From Candidatus Obscuribacteraceae bacterium (GTDB lineage: Bacteria; Cyanobacteriota; Vampirovibrionia; Obscuribacterales; Obscuribacteraceae), in the NCBI GenBank assembly GCA_044226015.1, contig JBGAHS010000002.1, positions 39,029 through 103,028 on the forward strand: a stretch of DNA of 64,000 nt, in the 5' to 3' direction. Position 1 is the stretch's first letter. Every line of letters starts with the position of its first letter. The notes under the pieces were generated by a model that was not told the DNA's origin, did no database searches, and was given only the letters and a program-made list of their open reading frames with translations. Positions 35,398-45,400 of this stretch are shown piece after piece. Both the position numbers and the translations under genes were made by a program.

Positions 35398-35991
35398 CTA
35401 TTTAGCCGGCTCAGCGCCGCCGCCACCGGACATCTTCGACTTGATTTTTTCCATCATACTGGGGTCATTCATAATTCGCTCTTTTATGGAATCAGGAATG
35501 TTGTCCAGCTTTCCACCGAGCTTATTTTTCAACTTGTCAATCATGTCGCCTGAGCCGCCACCCTCAATTGCAGCTGGACTTCCAGGCTTGCTTGCAGTCG
35601 GAGCCGAAATGGTCGAATCGCTGCCGGTAATCTGTGAACCCTGCGGGGGCAAAGGTTTTTGAGTCTTGAGAATCTTCGCATTGTCAACTTGCTTGTTTAG
35701 CGCTGCATTAATCGATTCAATTCGAGGACTTATTTTTTCGGCAGCATCACCGGCTTTAACCTGTTCTTCAATTGCTTTAAATGCCATCATGTAGGCACTT
35801 ATGCCTATTCCTTGCGCTTTCGCCTGTAAGATGCGCTCATACAATTTCTGGCGAGCATCTTGCGCAGGCCCGGGGGTGACTCCATCTTCCGCAAATGAGG
35901 GGGATACAAAAGACAGTGCGATCAAGGTACCAAACAAAAGCTTGCTTCCCAGCTCGAATACTCTGCTCATCTCAATCTCTCCAATTCCCAT
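35398..35991 (-). CDS. secreted hypothetical helical protein
   Basis: Signal peptide MSRVFELGSKLLFGTLIALSFVSPSFA (likely start 35970). Helical, K/A/G-rich, with a GGGSGD low-complexity C-terminus. Confidence 0.55.
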   Translation of the reverse strand: MGIGEIEMSRVFELGSKLLFGTLIALSFVSPSFAEDGVTPGPAQDARQKLYERILQAKAQGIGISAYMMAFKAIEEQVKAGDAAEKISPRIESINAALNKQVDNAKILKTQKPLPPQGSQITGSDSTISAPTASKPGSPAAIEGGGSGDMIDKLKNKLGGKLDNIPDSIKERIMNDPSMMEKIKSKMSGGGGAEPAK

Positions 35992-36134
35992 TTCTCATGC
36001 TACTTCAGTTCAGCACTTTCAGCCTCAAATAAGCTGCACATCGCTGAATTAATCCTACCCATATTGACGCATTTTTATAGCAGTTACGCTTTATTGGACG
36101 CCTGCATGTAAAATACTGCATGAATCAGCTCTGA

Positions 36135-36485
36135 ATGAGACAAGAATTGAGCCAGGGATTTTCAATCGACAAATATTTGAAAGAGGTTGCCGGGCGGCTG
36201 AGACAAGCAGAAGCTGAGCGTGCACGAGGCGACCTGGCGCGCCTCGAAGAGCTAGAGCACACCTCGGACATGACTCTAGTAAAAAAGTGGGGCTGGATAA
36301 GCGTTATTGTTGGCGCTGCATTCAGTTTTGTTGTGCTTCCTTTCATCGTAGGGATTGCGCAGCATTACGTTCCTGATTGGATTGGAACTTTGCTCTGGTC
36401 TGTAATCAAAGTTTCAATGGGAATGACTCTTTTAATGTTAGGTGTGACAATATACTTCACCATAGGTCCAAATTCGGACCGTTGA
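36135..36485 (+). CDS. small membrane protein, unknown function
   Basis: 116-aa ORF with a charged helical N-terminus and two TM segments (WGWISVIVGAAFSFVVLPFIVGI, VSMGMTLLMLGVTIYFTI). Ends 19 nt before the GS-like gene. Confidence 0.5.
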   Translation: MRQELSQGFSIDKYLKEVAGRLRQAEAERARGDLARLEELEHTSDMTLVKKWGWISVIVGAAFSFVVLPFIVGIAQHYVPDWIGTLLWSVIKVSMGMTLLMLGVTIYFTIGPNSDR

Positions 36486-36504
36486 AAAGGAAGAAGGACT
36501 TGGC

Positions 36505-37845
36505 ATGGATCTGGAAACAATAACAGCGCAAATCGAAGAAAATAACATTCAGCTGGTGCGATTTCTCTACTGCGACACAAGCAATTTAATTCGCGGGAAA
36601 GCTACCCATGTGTCCAGCTTCGAGGCGCGAGTACAATCAGGCATCGGTTTGGTGAAGGGCATGATGGCCATGAACCAGATGGATGAAATGCAAACCGACA
36701 CCGGATATGGTGCCACAGGTGAAATCAGACTGGTACCAGATCTTTCAACATTCCGAGTTTTGCCATACGCACCGTCTTCAGCACTCGTTCTTTGTGACAT
36801 GCTTGAGTTAGATAAAAGCCCGTGGCTGCTTTGCCCCAGGTCGATTCTCAAACGACAGATTGATCAGTACAAGCAGCTTGGCATCAGCTTTCAGGCGGCT
36901 TTCGAACCCGAGTTTTTTGTAGCAAAACAAGATGGCGACAAACTCATACCAATAGACCAGAGCAATTGCTTCTCCACTGATGGTATGAATAAAGCCGCTA
37001 CATTCATCGATGATTTTGTCAAAGCTTTAACTGTTCAAAATTTGTCGGTAGAACAATATTATCCGGAACTAGGACACGGTCAGCACGAGCTCAGTATCAA
37101 ACATTCAGAGGCGTTAGAAGCCGCTGACAATCAGATTCTCTATAGAGAAACTCTGCGCGGCGTTGCCGCATTGCACGGACTCGTCGCAAGCCTTGCCCCG
37201 AAACCTGGTGAGAATCTACCGGGTAACGGTTGCCACCTCCACATATCTGCATGGGACAGTGATACCAACAGCAATCTGTTCTATTCCGATGATGGGCTGA
37301 GCAACTTTGGCAAGTGCTTTGTCGCTGGTGTGTTGCGCCATCTTCCAGCACTGGTGGCGATCACATGTCCCTCAGTCAATTCCTATCGCCGCTTGAAACC
37401 AAAATCGTGGGCATCAGCATACACATGCTGGGGTTATGAAAACAGAGAAGCTGCGGTACGAGTGCCATCGCTTTACTGGGAGAAAGAACTGGAGTCATCG
37501 AACATTGAAATAAAGTGCGTAGATTCTAGCGCTAACCCTTATCTGGTTTTAGCAGTAATTATTGCTGCTGGCATGGATGGAGTAAAGAGAAAAATGACGC
37601 CACCAGAACCGGTATCAACAGACCCCAGCTCAATCAGCCCCGCCGAAGCCAGCGAGAAGAAGGTAGAAAGACTTCCGGCTTCGCTGAAAGATTCTTTGAA
37701 AAAACTGTTTATGGATCAAACAGTAAAAGAAGCTCTCGGGGAAGAATTTGCAAGAGTCTATCTAAAAGTAAAAACATCAGAAGACAATTACTTTGCTAAT
37801 TTGACTCCTGAAGAAGAGATAAAAGCCCACCTCACCCGCTTCTAA
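36505..37845 (+). CDS. glutamine synthetase family (type I-like, gamma-glutamyl ligase) protein
   Basis: AFEPEFF, ELGHGQHELS, GNGCHLHIS, NSYRRLKP and WGYENREAAVRVP are GS catalytic-domain motifs. Confidence 0.85.
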   Translation: MDLETITAQIEENNIQLVRFLYCDTSNLIRGKATHVSSFEARVQSGIGLVKGMMAMNQMDEMQTDTGYGATGEIRLVPDLSTFRVLPYAPSSALVLCDMLELDKSPWLLCPRSILKRQIDQYKQLGISFQAAFEPEFFVAKQDGDKLIPIDQSNCFSTDGMNKAATFIDDFVKALTVQNLSVEQYYPELGHGQHELSIKHSEALEAADNQILYRETLRGVAALHGLVASLAPKPGENLPGNGCHLHISAWDSDTNSNLFYSDDGLSNFGKCFVAGVLRHLPALVAITCPSVNSYRRLKPKSWASAYTCWGYENREAAVRVPSLYWEKELESSNIEIKCVDSSANPYLVLAVIIAAGMDGVKRKMTPPEPVSTDPSSISPAEASEKKVERLPASLKDSLKKLFMDQTVKEALGEEFARVYLKVKTSEDNYFANLTPEEEIKAHLTRF

Positions 37846-37847
37846 TC

Positions 37848-38993
37848 ATGAGCTTTGAAGTAGAGAAATTCATTTTCATCGACAATCACGCCCATTCGCT
37901 TTTGAAAAAGTACAATGAGCTCGATGAAATAGGTTTTCGTCAATCATTTAGCGAAAGTAACTCGCTGACTGTTCTCACTGAACATGTGCCGAACTCAATC
38001 CACTATATGGATTTGATGGACCAACTACATCGATATCTGGACATAAAAACCGAGCAGGAATTTATGTCGTTCAGAATGTCGCAACGTCCTGTAGATTACA
38101 TTCAAATGCTCTGGGATGACGCATCAATCGGCGCCCTGATAATTGATGACGGATTTGCTTCCGGCGAAACAATGAGCCTCGACGAACTCAGCAATTTAAG
38201 TCAGCGCCCTGTTTTCCATTGCAAGCGCATCGAGCCCTTAATGGAAGCTTGCTTTCAAGAGACTGATTCCTTTGAAGAACTGAGAAGAGAATTCGAGAAA
38301 AGACTTTTTCCAGCGACGACAAAGCGAAAGAGTGTAAGCCTGAAAACTATTTGCGGCTACCGTGGCGGACTTGAGCTGATGCGCCCCAGCGTAGCTGAAG
38401 CGGAATTAGACTTTATGCAAAGCAAGAAAAAAATTGCTGAAAGCAAAAGGAAATTTCGAATTTCAGCCAGCCCTCTATATCATTTCTTACTCTTGCAAGC
38501 ATTTGAGATAGCGGCTCAAGAGGAGGTGCCGGTGCAGGTTCACACGGGCATCGGAGATGACGATGCAGACCTGGTTAAGTGCAACCCTGCGCTGATGCAA
38601 GGTATATTCAGGTCCAGAGCATATTCCAAAACGAAATTCGTTTTACTGCATTGCTATCCCTACATAAGAGAAGCTGCATTCATGTGCTCACTCTACAGTA
38701 ACGTGTTCATGGACCTCTCACTATCCATTTCATTAGCTTCGCCGCGAGCAGCGAAAATGGTTTCAGAAGCACTTGCCCTGGCACCAGCGAGTAAACTACT
38801 TGCAGGCAGCGATGGACATAGCAATCCTGAAAGTCACTGGTACGGGGCTCTCTGCTGGAAGCGAGGACTGAAATTCAGTCTCTATGACGTGATCAATCAA
38901 GGAGTAATCACGCAGAGAGAAGCAGAAAATATTGCAGGACTGGTGCTACACAAAAATGCCATTAACCTGTATAAACTCGAAGGTTTGGTTTGA
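37848..38993 (+). CDS. amidohydrolase-fold (amidohydrolase_2-like) metal-dependent hydrolase
   Basis: N-terminal FIDNHAHS (HxH metal motif), VQVHTGIGD, VLLHCYPY and AGSDGH. The ATG lies 2 nt after the GS-like stop. Confidence 0.75.
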   Translation: MSFEVEKFIFIDNHAHSLLKKYNELDEIGFRQSFSESNSLTVLTEHVPNSIHYMDLMDQLHRYLDIKTEQEFMSFRMSQRPVDYIQMLWDDASIGALIIDDGFASGETMSLDELSNLSQRPVFHCKRIEPLMEACFQETDSFEELRREFEKRLFPATTKRKSVSLKTICGYRGGLELMRPSVAEAELDFMQSKKKIAESKRKFRISASPLYHFLLLQAFEIAAQEEVPVQVHTGIGDDDADLVKCNPALMQGIFRSRAYSKTKFVLLHCYPYIREAAFMCSLYSNVFMDLSLSISLASPRAAKMVSEALALAPASKLLAGSDGHSNPESHWYGALCWKRGLKFSLYDVINQGVITQREAENIAGLVLHKNAINLYKLEGLV

Positions 38994-39114
38994 GCTAAGC
39001 GAATACTTTTTCTTGCATCCAAGGAGGGCTGAGAGCAATCAGAGCTTGTTGCAATCTGACTGGTGCGGATCTCGGCTGGGGGCGCTGGCTTCGGGCTGGC
39101 TTAGAATCGGGGAT

Positions 39115-39870
39115 CTATTCAGCGGGTATATATAGATTCAAACCGTGATCACCAAAGGGATCGAAGTCGTCGACGTGAGCCACAAGTTCCTCACCCACTT
39201 TCACGTGCAAATGAGTAGCACGACCCGGCGGAATAAAATACCCCTGATGTTCGGGTGAGTAAAAGCCAAGCATCTCTGCTCTTACATCCATTGTCTGTCC
39301 ATGAAATTTCTGCGACTGATGCTTTTGCGGCGTAAGTGGCTTACCGTCATCCTTTACGTTCACCACATGCCAGGCAATTCTTCCAAAATGTCCTTTAATC
39401 AAAAAAGGGAATTGCCTTCGCAAAGGAAAATCATCGCCACCGACCATTGAACTCATCCACTGCTCAAACATGGCCGGGCTGCGGACAGAGTCAGGAACCA
39501 TGAGCTTCTTCCACTTTTTGACAGAAGCCCACACTAGAAAAGCCGCGGACTCATTCCAATCGTGTTTGACTTGAATCTCACCTTTATTAGCACGAGATTC
39601 AGATGGAATAGAGTCCCAAATAAGTATTTCGCCTCTCAGCCCAGAGAGGGGACCTAACGCATAAAGGTGTTCTTTCGACTGCAAATCTTTTAGTGAAACC
39701 TTTGCCGCCGCATTGTCCTTATAGATTTCTTGCATAGAGCCGCGGTCATATAACACTATCTGCGGTGCTCTAAAATGTTTCGCCCAAACAGCAGCGCTGT
39801 CCTTCAGGAAGGGGGAAAAGAACCCCAGAACCAAAAGAACAGCGCTAATAACTGCTGAGCGAGGTCGCAT
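39115..39870 (-). CDS. acetolactate decarboxylase-family protein with N-terminal signal/anchor
   Basis: LKDLQSKEHLYALGPLSGLRGEILIWDS, FPFLIKGHFGRIAWHVV and MLGFYSPEHQGYFIPPGRATHLHVKVGEELVAHVDDF align by eye with Bacillus AlsD ([33 protein letters not shown]), including the three His. The start lies 3 nt after the korB stop. Confidence 0.55.
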   Translation of the reverse strand: MRPRSAVISAVLLVLGFFSPFLKDSAAVWAKHFRAPQIVLYDRGSMQEIYKDNAAAKVSLKDLQSKEHLYALGPLSGLRGEILIWDSIPSESRANKGEIQVKHDWNESAAFLVWASVKKWKKLMVPDSVRSPAMFEQWMSSMVGGDDFPLRRQFPFLIKGHFGRIAWHVVNVKDDGKPLTPQKHQSQKFHGQTMDVRAEMLGFYSPEHQGYFIPPGRATHLHVKVGEELVAHVDDFDPFGDHGLNLYIPAE

Positions 39871-39873
39871 CGA

Positions 39874-40908
39874 TTACATCAAGGACTTCATGATTTCATC
39901 GAGAGCAGACTTCGGAGGACGAGTCACTGACTGTGGAAGTGTTGCCAGGGCTTGATCACCCAGGCTCATCACTTCGGAGAATGGCTCGTTTTCTTCATTA
40001 ACATAGAGCAACCCGGTCAAGAAATGTCTATCTTGCGCAGCTTTGTGCAACGTAGCGATTGCTTGTGCACGATCCTTAGGATTGTAATCGTGCCCGGTCT
40101 TCTTCAATGTGATTTTTGAACCGTCATGCATTTCAACTTCTTGAACTGCACCTGGTTCATAGTCAACGGTGATTTGCTCGTAGAAGCCAACATAACCGAG
40201 TTCATGCAATGGCTCTTCGTGCTCTTTGGCGTACTTATAGCCTTTTGTGGAGCCTTCGTGGTTATTGAAGGTGACACATGGGCTTACTACATCAAGAACA
40301 GCAGTTCCATTGTGTGACATAGCGGCTTTCATCAAAGCAACCAACTGTTTCGGGTCGCCGGCGAAAGAGCGTCCAACAAATCCGCAACCTAACTCAATTG
40401 CAAGACTGCAAAGGTCAATCGATTGCAACTCGTTTTGTGCTCCTGATTTCAACTTAGCGCCTTTCTCAGCAGTCGCGGAGAACTGTCCTTTTGTCAAACC
40501 ATAAACGCCGTTGTTTTCAACGATGTATAGCATCGGAACATTACGTCTAACGATATGACAGAACTGACCTAAGCCGATGCTTGCCGTGTCGCCGTCTCCG
40601 CTCACAGCAATGAGCTTGAGATTTTTGTTAGCGAGTGAAGCGCCGGTAGCAACTGATGGCATACGGCCGTGCACGGCGTTGAATCCGTGAGAGCGGCTCA
40701 GGAAGTAAGCTGGAGTTTTGCTCGAGCAGCCGATTCCACTGAGTTTTGCCACCATGTGAGGGTTAACGCCAACTTCAAAGCAAGCTTTGATAATCTGCGC
40801 AGTGATAGCATCGTGTCCACAACCGTCGCAGAGAGTAGATGCTGAACCTTTGTAATCGGCTTGGGTTAAGCCAATTCGATTAGTTTTCGGTGCTGGTGCT
40901 GTAACCAT
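39874..40908 (-). CDS. korB: 2-oxoacid:ferredoxin oxidoreductase, beta (TPP-binding) subunit
   Basis: CDGCGHDAIT, GIGCSS, SGDGDTASIGLGQFCH and VENNGVYGLTKGQ are the TPP-binding beta-subunit signature. Confidence 0.9.
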   Translation of the reverse strand: MVTAPAPKTNRIGLTQADYKGSASTLCDGCGHDAITAQIIKACFEVGVNPHMVAKLSGIGCSSKTPAYFLSRSHGFNAVHGRMPSVATGASLANKNLKLIAVSGDGDTASIGLGQFCHIVRRNVPMLYIVENNGVYGLTKGQFSATAEKGAKLKSGAQNELQSIDLCSLAIELGCGFVGRSFAGDPKQLVALMKAAMSHNGTAVLDVVSPCVTFNNHEGSTKGYKYAKEHEEPLHELGYVGFYEQITVDYEPGAVQEVEMHDGSKITLKKTGHDYNPKDRAQAIATLHKAAQDRHFLTGLLYVNEENEPFSEVMSLGDQALATLPQSVTRPPKSALDEIMKSLM

Positions 40909-40911
40909 TTT

Positions 40912-42732
40912 CTATTTCTCCTGCTCGAGTATAGCGTCAGTAATCGATCTTGCATCGATTGGCAGACCGTCATAGTTGCGCACTGAACGCAGCTTCATTG
41001 AGAATTGCGGCAATTCCAATCTGATCAAATCGCGCATCTGAGCGTCGCGGTTTTGCTCGACAACATAAACATGGTCGTACTTCTCAACGAACTTGTGCAG
41101 TTCTTCAGTGAAAGGTACAGCCTTAAGTCGCAAGTAGCTAGCTTCGAGGTTTGACGCCTTAAGCTGCTCAAGCGATTCTTTGATCGCTGGGTCGGAAGAG
41201 CCGAATGCGATGATGCCGACTTTGGCGTTCTTCGCTTCAATTAATTCCGGTTTTGGAACATAGCTGCGAGCAGTTTGATACTTCTTGTTCAAACGATCCA
41301 TCAAATTGACGTAATCATCTGGACGCTCGGTATAGAGAGCTTTCTCGTTGTGACCACTTCCACGTGTGAAGTAGGCAGCCAACGGATGATCGGTACCAGG
41401 AATGGTGCGATAAGGAATACCATCACCATCAACATCGCGATAACGCTCGAATTTGCCCAGTTTTTCCAACTGCTCAGCATCGAGAACCTTGCCTCTATCG
41501 ATTGGAGACTCAGGATACTTGAACTGGTCGGACATCCAGTTGTTCATTCCGAGGTCGAGGTCGCTCAAAACAAACACTGGTGTTTGGAAACGCTCAGCAA
41601 GGTCGAAGGCGGTAAGGGCATGCGTATAGCACTCTTCGACGGACCCCGGCAACAAGATAATGTGCTTGGTGTCACCATGCGACAACTGATAAGTGCTCAT
41701 CAAGTCTGCCTGGTGAGTACGTGTAGGCATACCGGTTGAAGGACCAACACGCTGAACGTCAAAAATAACGGTCGGCAACTCAGCAAAATAACCAAGTCCG
41801 GTGAATTCACCCATGAGCGAAATTCCAGGACCGCTGGTTGAGGTCATGCTGCGTGCGCCGGCCCAGCCAGCGCCCAGAGCCATACCGATTGCAGCGATTT
41901 CATCTTCTGCCTGAACAATTGCAAAGCTTGGGTTGCCATCTTTGTCCACGCGGTATTCATGCATGTATTCAGCGAGGCTTTCGCAGAGGCTCGATGAAGG
42001 AGTGATGGGGTACCAGGTGACAACAGTCACACCAGCAAACATACAACCCAGAGCAGCGGCGGAGTTACCATCGATGATGATTTTGCCAGCTGTCTTGTCC
42101 ATCTTCTCTACAAAGAAAGGATCTTCTTTCTTCAAGTTCTCTTTGGCCCACTGACGGCCTTTATTCGAGGCGGTCAGGTTCAAATCGATAGCCTTTGTCT
42201 TACCTTCGAACTGTTTAGCAATAGCCGCGTCTATTTCCTTCTGGTCAATATTTAGCAATTCGGCAACCACACCAACGTAAATCATGTTGGTGAGCAGCTT
42301 CTTCATTTTTATATTGTCAGATGTTTCGCTGGCCAATTGAGCAAACGGAACCAGGTAATGGCGAACATCGCTTCTTACTTTGTCAAGATTCAGCTCACTT
42401 GGACTGATGCAAACTGCACCTGGTCTCAATGACCTGACATCCTCGACAGCTGTTTGCGGGTTCATCGCAACCAGAATGTCGATTTCTTTCTTTCTAGCAA
42501 TCCATCCGTCCTTGTTCACACGAATTGTGAACCAGGTTGGAAGTCCTGCAATATTTGACGGGAAGAGGTTTTTGCCGCTTACCGGAATACCCATCTGGAA
42601 GATGGAGCGCATCAATACGTTGTTGGAAGATTGGCTTCCAGACCCGTTTACTGTTGCGACTTGAATCGAAAAATCATTAATCACTTTGCCCTGTTCTGTT
42701 TTTTGGGCGCTGTCTGCTGCTAGGGTCTTCAC
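40912..42732 (-). CDS. korA: 2-oxoacid:ferredoxin oxidoreductase, alpha (fused gamma-alpha) subunit
   Basis: N-terminal gamma-like VATVNGSGSQSSNNVL...GKNLFPSNIAG, then alpha YPITPSS, SGPGISLMGE and GPSTGMPT. Ends 3 nt before korB. Confidence 0.9.
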   Translation of the reverse strand: MKTLAADSAQKTEQGKVINDFSIQVATVNGSGSQSSNNVLMRSIFQMGIPVSGKNLFPSNIAGLPTWFTIRVNKDGWIARKKEIDILVAMNPQTAVEDVRSLRPGAVCISPSELNLDKVRSDVRHYLVPFAQLASETSDNIKMKKLLTNMIYVGVVAELLNIDQKEIDAAIAKQFEGKTKAIDLNLTASNKGRQWAKENLKKEDPFFVEKMDKTAGKIIIDGNSAAALGCMFAGVTVVTWYPITPSSSLCESLAEYMHEYRVDKDGNPSFAIVQAEDEIAAIGMALGAGWAGARSMTSTSGPGISLMGEFTGLGYFAELPTVIFDVQRVGPSTGMPTRTHQADLMSTYQLSHGDTKHIILLPGSVEECYTHALTAFDLAERFQTPVFVLSDLDLGMNNWMSDQFKYPESPIDRGKVLDAEQLEKLGKFERYRDVDGDGIPYRTIPGTDHPLAAYFTRGSGHNEKALYTERPDDYVNLMDRLNKKYQTARSYVPKPELIEAKNAKVGIIAFGSSDPAIKESLEQLKASNLEASYLRLKAVPFTEELHKFVEKYDHVYVVEQNRDAQMRDLIRLELPQFSMKLRSVRNYDGLPIDARSITDAILEQEK

Positions 42733-42910
42733 TGAGTTAGTACCTTAAATATGTGATGACGTAGGTCAAGTTTATCAAGGTACGGCGGGCATCTGGCCAA
42801 GCTACAAGATATGCTAATGATTTTCGGCAGTCAGATTGAAACACTTCAAAACATTTGTTCAGATAAGCAGCCAATCGTTAGCAAAAGAATGCAAAGGCGG
42901 CTGTCAAGAG

Positions 42911-44152
42911 TCAACAATAATGCTTTAGCTCTGCGAGGGTGAACGCTAACTGGTCTTCTTTGTGAACATAAGACAAAACCAGGTGCTTGCCTTCTATCTC
43001 ATAATAATGACCAGGATGCACAAGAATGTTCTTGCGCTCAAGCAAGTCCAGGGCTATATCTTCCTCATCGCCGCTAACAGGCAAAGTCAAATAGAACCCA
43101 GCTCTGGGCCGCACGAGCTTGCAGCCCGATAAAGCAGTCATAGCTATCTGCCTCTGACTCCGAATTCTGGCTTTCAACTCTGCCAAGAATGGCTTACCCA
43201 GCTCAAAGATATTGGGTAGGGCGAACTGCATAATCTCATTCACGGGAAGATAGGTGTCCGAAATCATTTCCAGAGCGGCTCTGGCACGCTTAACCTGCGC
43301 CCTGTCGCCACTCATCAAAATCCAGCCAACTTTGACGCCAGGCAAGGCGAATGATTTCGAGAGCCCATTCAATGTAAACACAAGAGGAGCATTTAAGCTC
43401 AACAGGCGCGGCAACTTATGCTCGCCAAGCACAGAAGATTCCTGAATGTCCGCGCAGTTCTGTGAATCTTCGAGCACCGAGGACAGCGTTGTGGTGTTCT
43501 TGTGCGCCGGTGGCTCAAAAAGAAATTCAGAAAAGACTTCATCAGAAATAATTGCGAGCTTATATTTGCGAGCGATTCTTGCAAGCTCATTAAGCTCTTC
43601 TACGCCAGCATACATTCCTGTCGGATTATGTGGTGAGATCAAAACAATAGCGCGAGTGCGCTCGGAAATATTGGCTTCAAGGGCATCAAAATCAATACAC
43701 CACTGACGGTGCTCAAGCAATTGATATGGAACCAACTTCACGTGACTCATCATAGCGATGTAGTCGAGCAGCGGATAAGAAGGGCTTGGACAGAGTATTT
43801 CGTCACCGGGGTTCGCCAACAATTTGAAGCAATAGAGAAAGGAGATACTTGTGCCGGGTGTAAGCAAGATGTTTTCAGCGTCAATCAATTCACCCTGCTG
43901 TGCGTAAAAATTAGAGACCGCAGCCCTGGCGATGGGCTGACCAAAGGTATCAGGTTTGTAGTGGGCGGCTTTGTCCAGCGATTCAGCGATAATCCGTGAA
44001 AGCAAGTTCTGAGGAAAGAGAATTCCAGCCTCGCTCAAATTAGCCCGAACCAGGTCAGTTAGGGGCTCTTTAGCAGCCTCTTTCTGCGCCTTAAGCTCAT
44101 AGAGCGGATTCTTCTCCGCAACAAAATCAAATGCCAGGTCAGAAAATTTCAT
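42911..44152 (-). CDS. PLP-dependent aminotransferase, class I/II
   Basis: SPSYPLL, SPHNPTG, ISDEVFSEF and LNGLSKSFALPGVKVGW (PLP lysine motif). Confidence 0.85.
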   Translation of the reverse strand: MKFSDLAFDFVAEKNPLYELKAQKEAAKEPLTDLVRANLSEAGILFPQNLLSRIIAESLDKAAHYKPDTFGQPIARAAVSNFYAQQGELIDAENILLTPGTSISFLYCFKLLANPGDEILCPSPSYPLLDYIAMMSHVKLVPYQLLEHRQWCIDFDALEANISERTRAIVLISPHNPTGMYAGVEELNELARIARKYKLAIISDEVFSEFLFEPPAHKNTTTLSSVLEDSQNCADIQESSVLGEHKLPRLLSLNAPLVFTLNGLSKSFALPGVKVGWILMSGDRAQVKRARAALEMISDTYLPVNEIMQFALPNIFELGKPFLAELKARIRSQRQIAMTALSGCKLVRPRAGFYLTLPVSGDEEDIALDLLERKNILVHPGHYYEIEGKHLVLSYVHKEDQLAFTLAELKHYC

Positions 44153-44356
44153 GGCAGTAATATAGCATCAAGAGAATCCGCCATTTAGTCTTCTTCTAGA
44201 TTTTGGTATCGATAACGTTTGGTTCACAGTGCAGCCCAATACTTCGCCCCATCGAGATTCACTATCGGAAACTAGTCTTCGCATATTAGCCAAAATTATG
44301 GGAATATTGACTGCGATTATTGCTAATCAGATTACCGTTCATTTGAGAAAATTACA

Positions 44357-45400
44357 GTGCTGAAATCGGCTCGAACAAACAGCATTAATAAGGCCGTATT
44401 CAGATTCTCACTCTTGCTCGCGTTGATTAGCATCGCGCCTTTCGCTATCACAGGCTGCAGCACCAGAACAGAGAATGATGAACCCGAGCCCGATGATACA
44501 CCTGTGCCGGCTAACGTTGAGACTTTGGTAAAAAAACGCGGCGACTACCTGAGCTTTTCAGTAGATGAACACACTAATGTTCCTATTAAATGGACTAAGA
44601 AAGGTCCTTTGACAGTTTACTTTCATCCGGTTTCGAACGATGTCGAAAGCTACCGCCCCAAGATGCAATTGATTATGCACACAGCTCTGGCGAGTTGGAC
44701 GAAAAAGACAAATGGTGCTGTACGATTTCAAATTGTGAAACAGCTTCCGGCTGACATCGAGATAAAGTATTTGGATTTCCCACCCGATGAGTCACACTCT
44801 CCGGGCTGCACAGACCATGCGCTTGGAGTTACATATGGGCGTCACAACGACAAGAGAATCAAAAGCAAAGAAATCGTAATTTGTTTGCCACCGAACTCGA
44901 CCGACCATCAGGTTCTACATGTCAGCGAACATGAACTAGGTCACGCGCTAGGACTGGGACACAGTCCAATAGAAACAGACGTCATGGCTACACACATGAA
45001 TAACTCAGAACCAACCATAACTGACGAAGACGCGCGAACGGTTAAGCGCCTTTATAAATCGAGCACAGGGAAGCACGATGACGATCCGAAGTTTAACAAA
45101 AAGCGCTATATTCAAGATTGGAACGAGTTTGTAAAAGAGAAGATTTGCATACACTCGCACTCAGTTCACGACACCTGCACGCTGCGCATCGCAATTAATA
45201 ACACCGGAAGAATGTTCAAACATCAGGTTCTTGCCGGGGAAGACTATGGCGAAACTATTCTAGATGCCCTCAAGCGCATCAACTTTTTTCCGGCACCAGA
45301 CCTTGCGCCTGGTGATTGGCTGAGCCTCAAGATTAATGCATCGAAAGACCACGAAGTGACAATTAGTCAGATCGACCTGATGCACGAACAGATTCCATGA
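44357..45400 (+). CDS. matrixin-like metzincin lipoprotein with a possible TonB-C-like C-terminal module
   Basis: Lipobox FAITGCS. Zinc motif HELGHALGLGHS (about 44927-44966) followed by DVMA. The C-terminal 100 aa (TLRIAINNTGRMFKHQVLAGEDYGETILDALKRINFFPAP) loosely resemble TonB_C. Confidence 0.8.
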   Translation: MLKSARTNSINKAVFRFSLLLALISIAPFAITGCSTRTENDEPEPDDTPVPANVETLVKKRGDYLSFSVDEHTNVPIKWTKKGPLTVYFHPVSNDVESYRPKMQLIMHTALASWTKKTNGAVRFQIVKQLPADIEIKYLDFPPDESHSPGCTDHALGVTYGRHNDKRIKSKEIVICLPPNSTDHQVLHVSEHELGHALGLGHSPIETDVMATHMNNSEPTITDEDARTVKRLYKSSTGKHDDDPKFNKKRYIQDWNEFVKEKICIHSHSVHDTCTLRIAINNTGRMFKHQVLAGEDYGETILDALKRINFFPAPDLAPGDWLSLKINASKDHEVTISQIDLMHEQIP

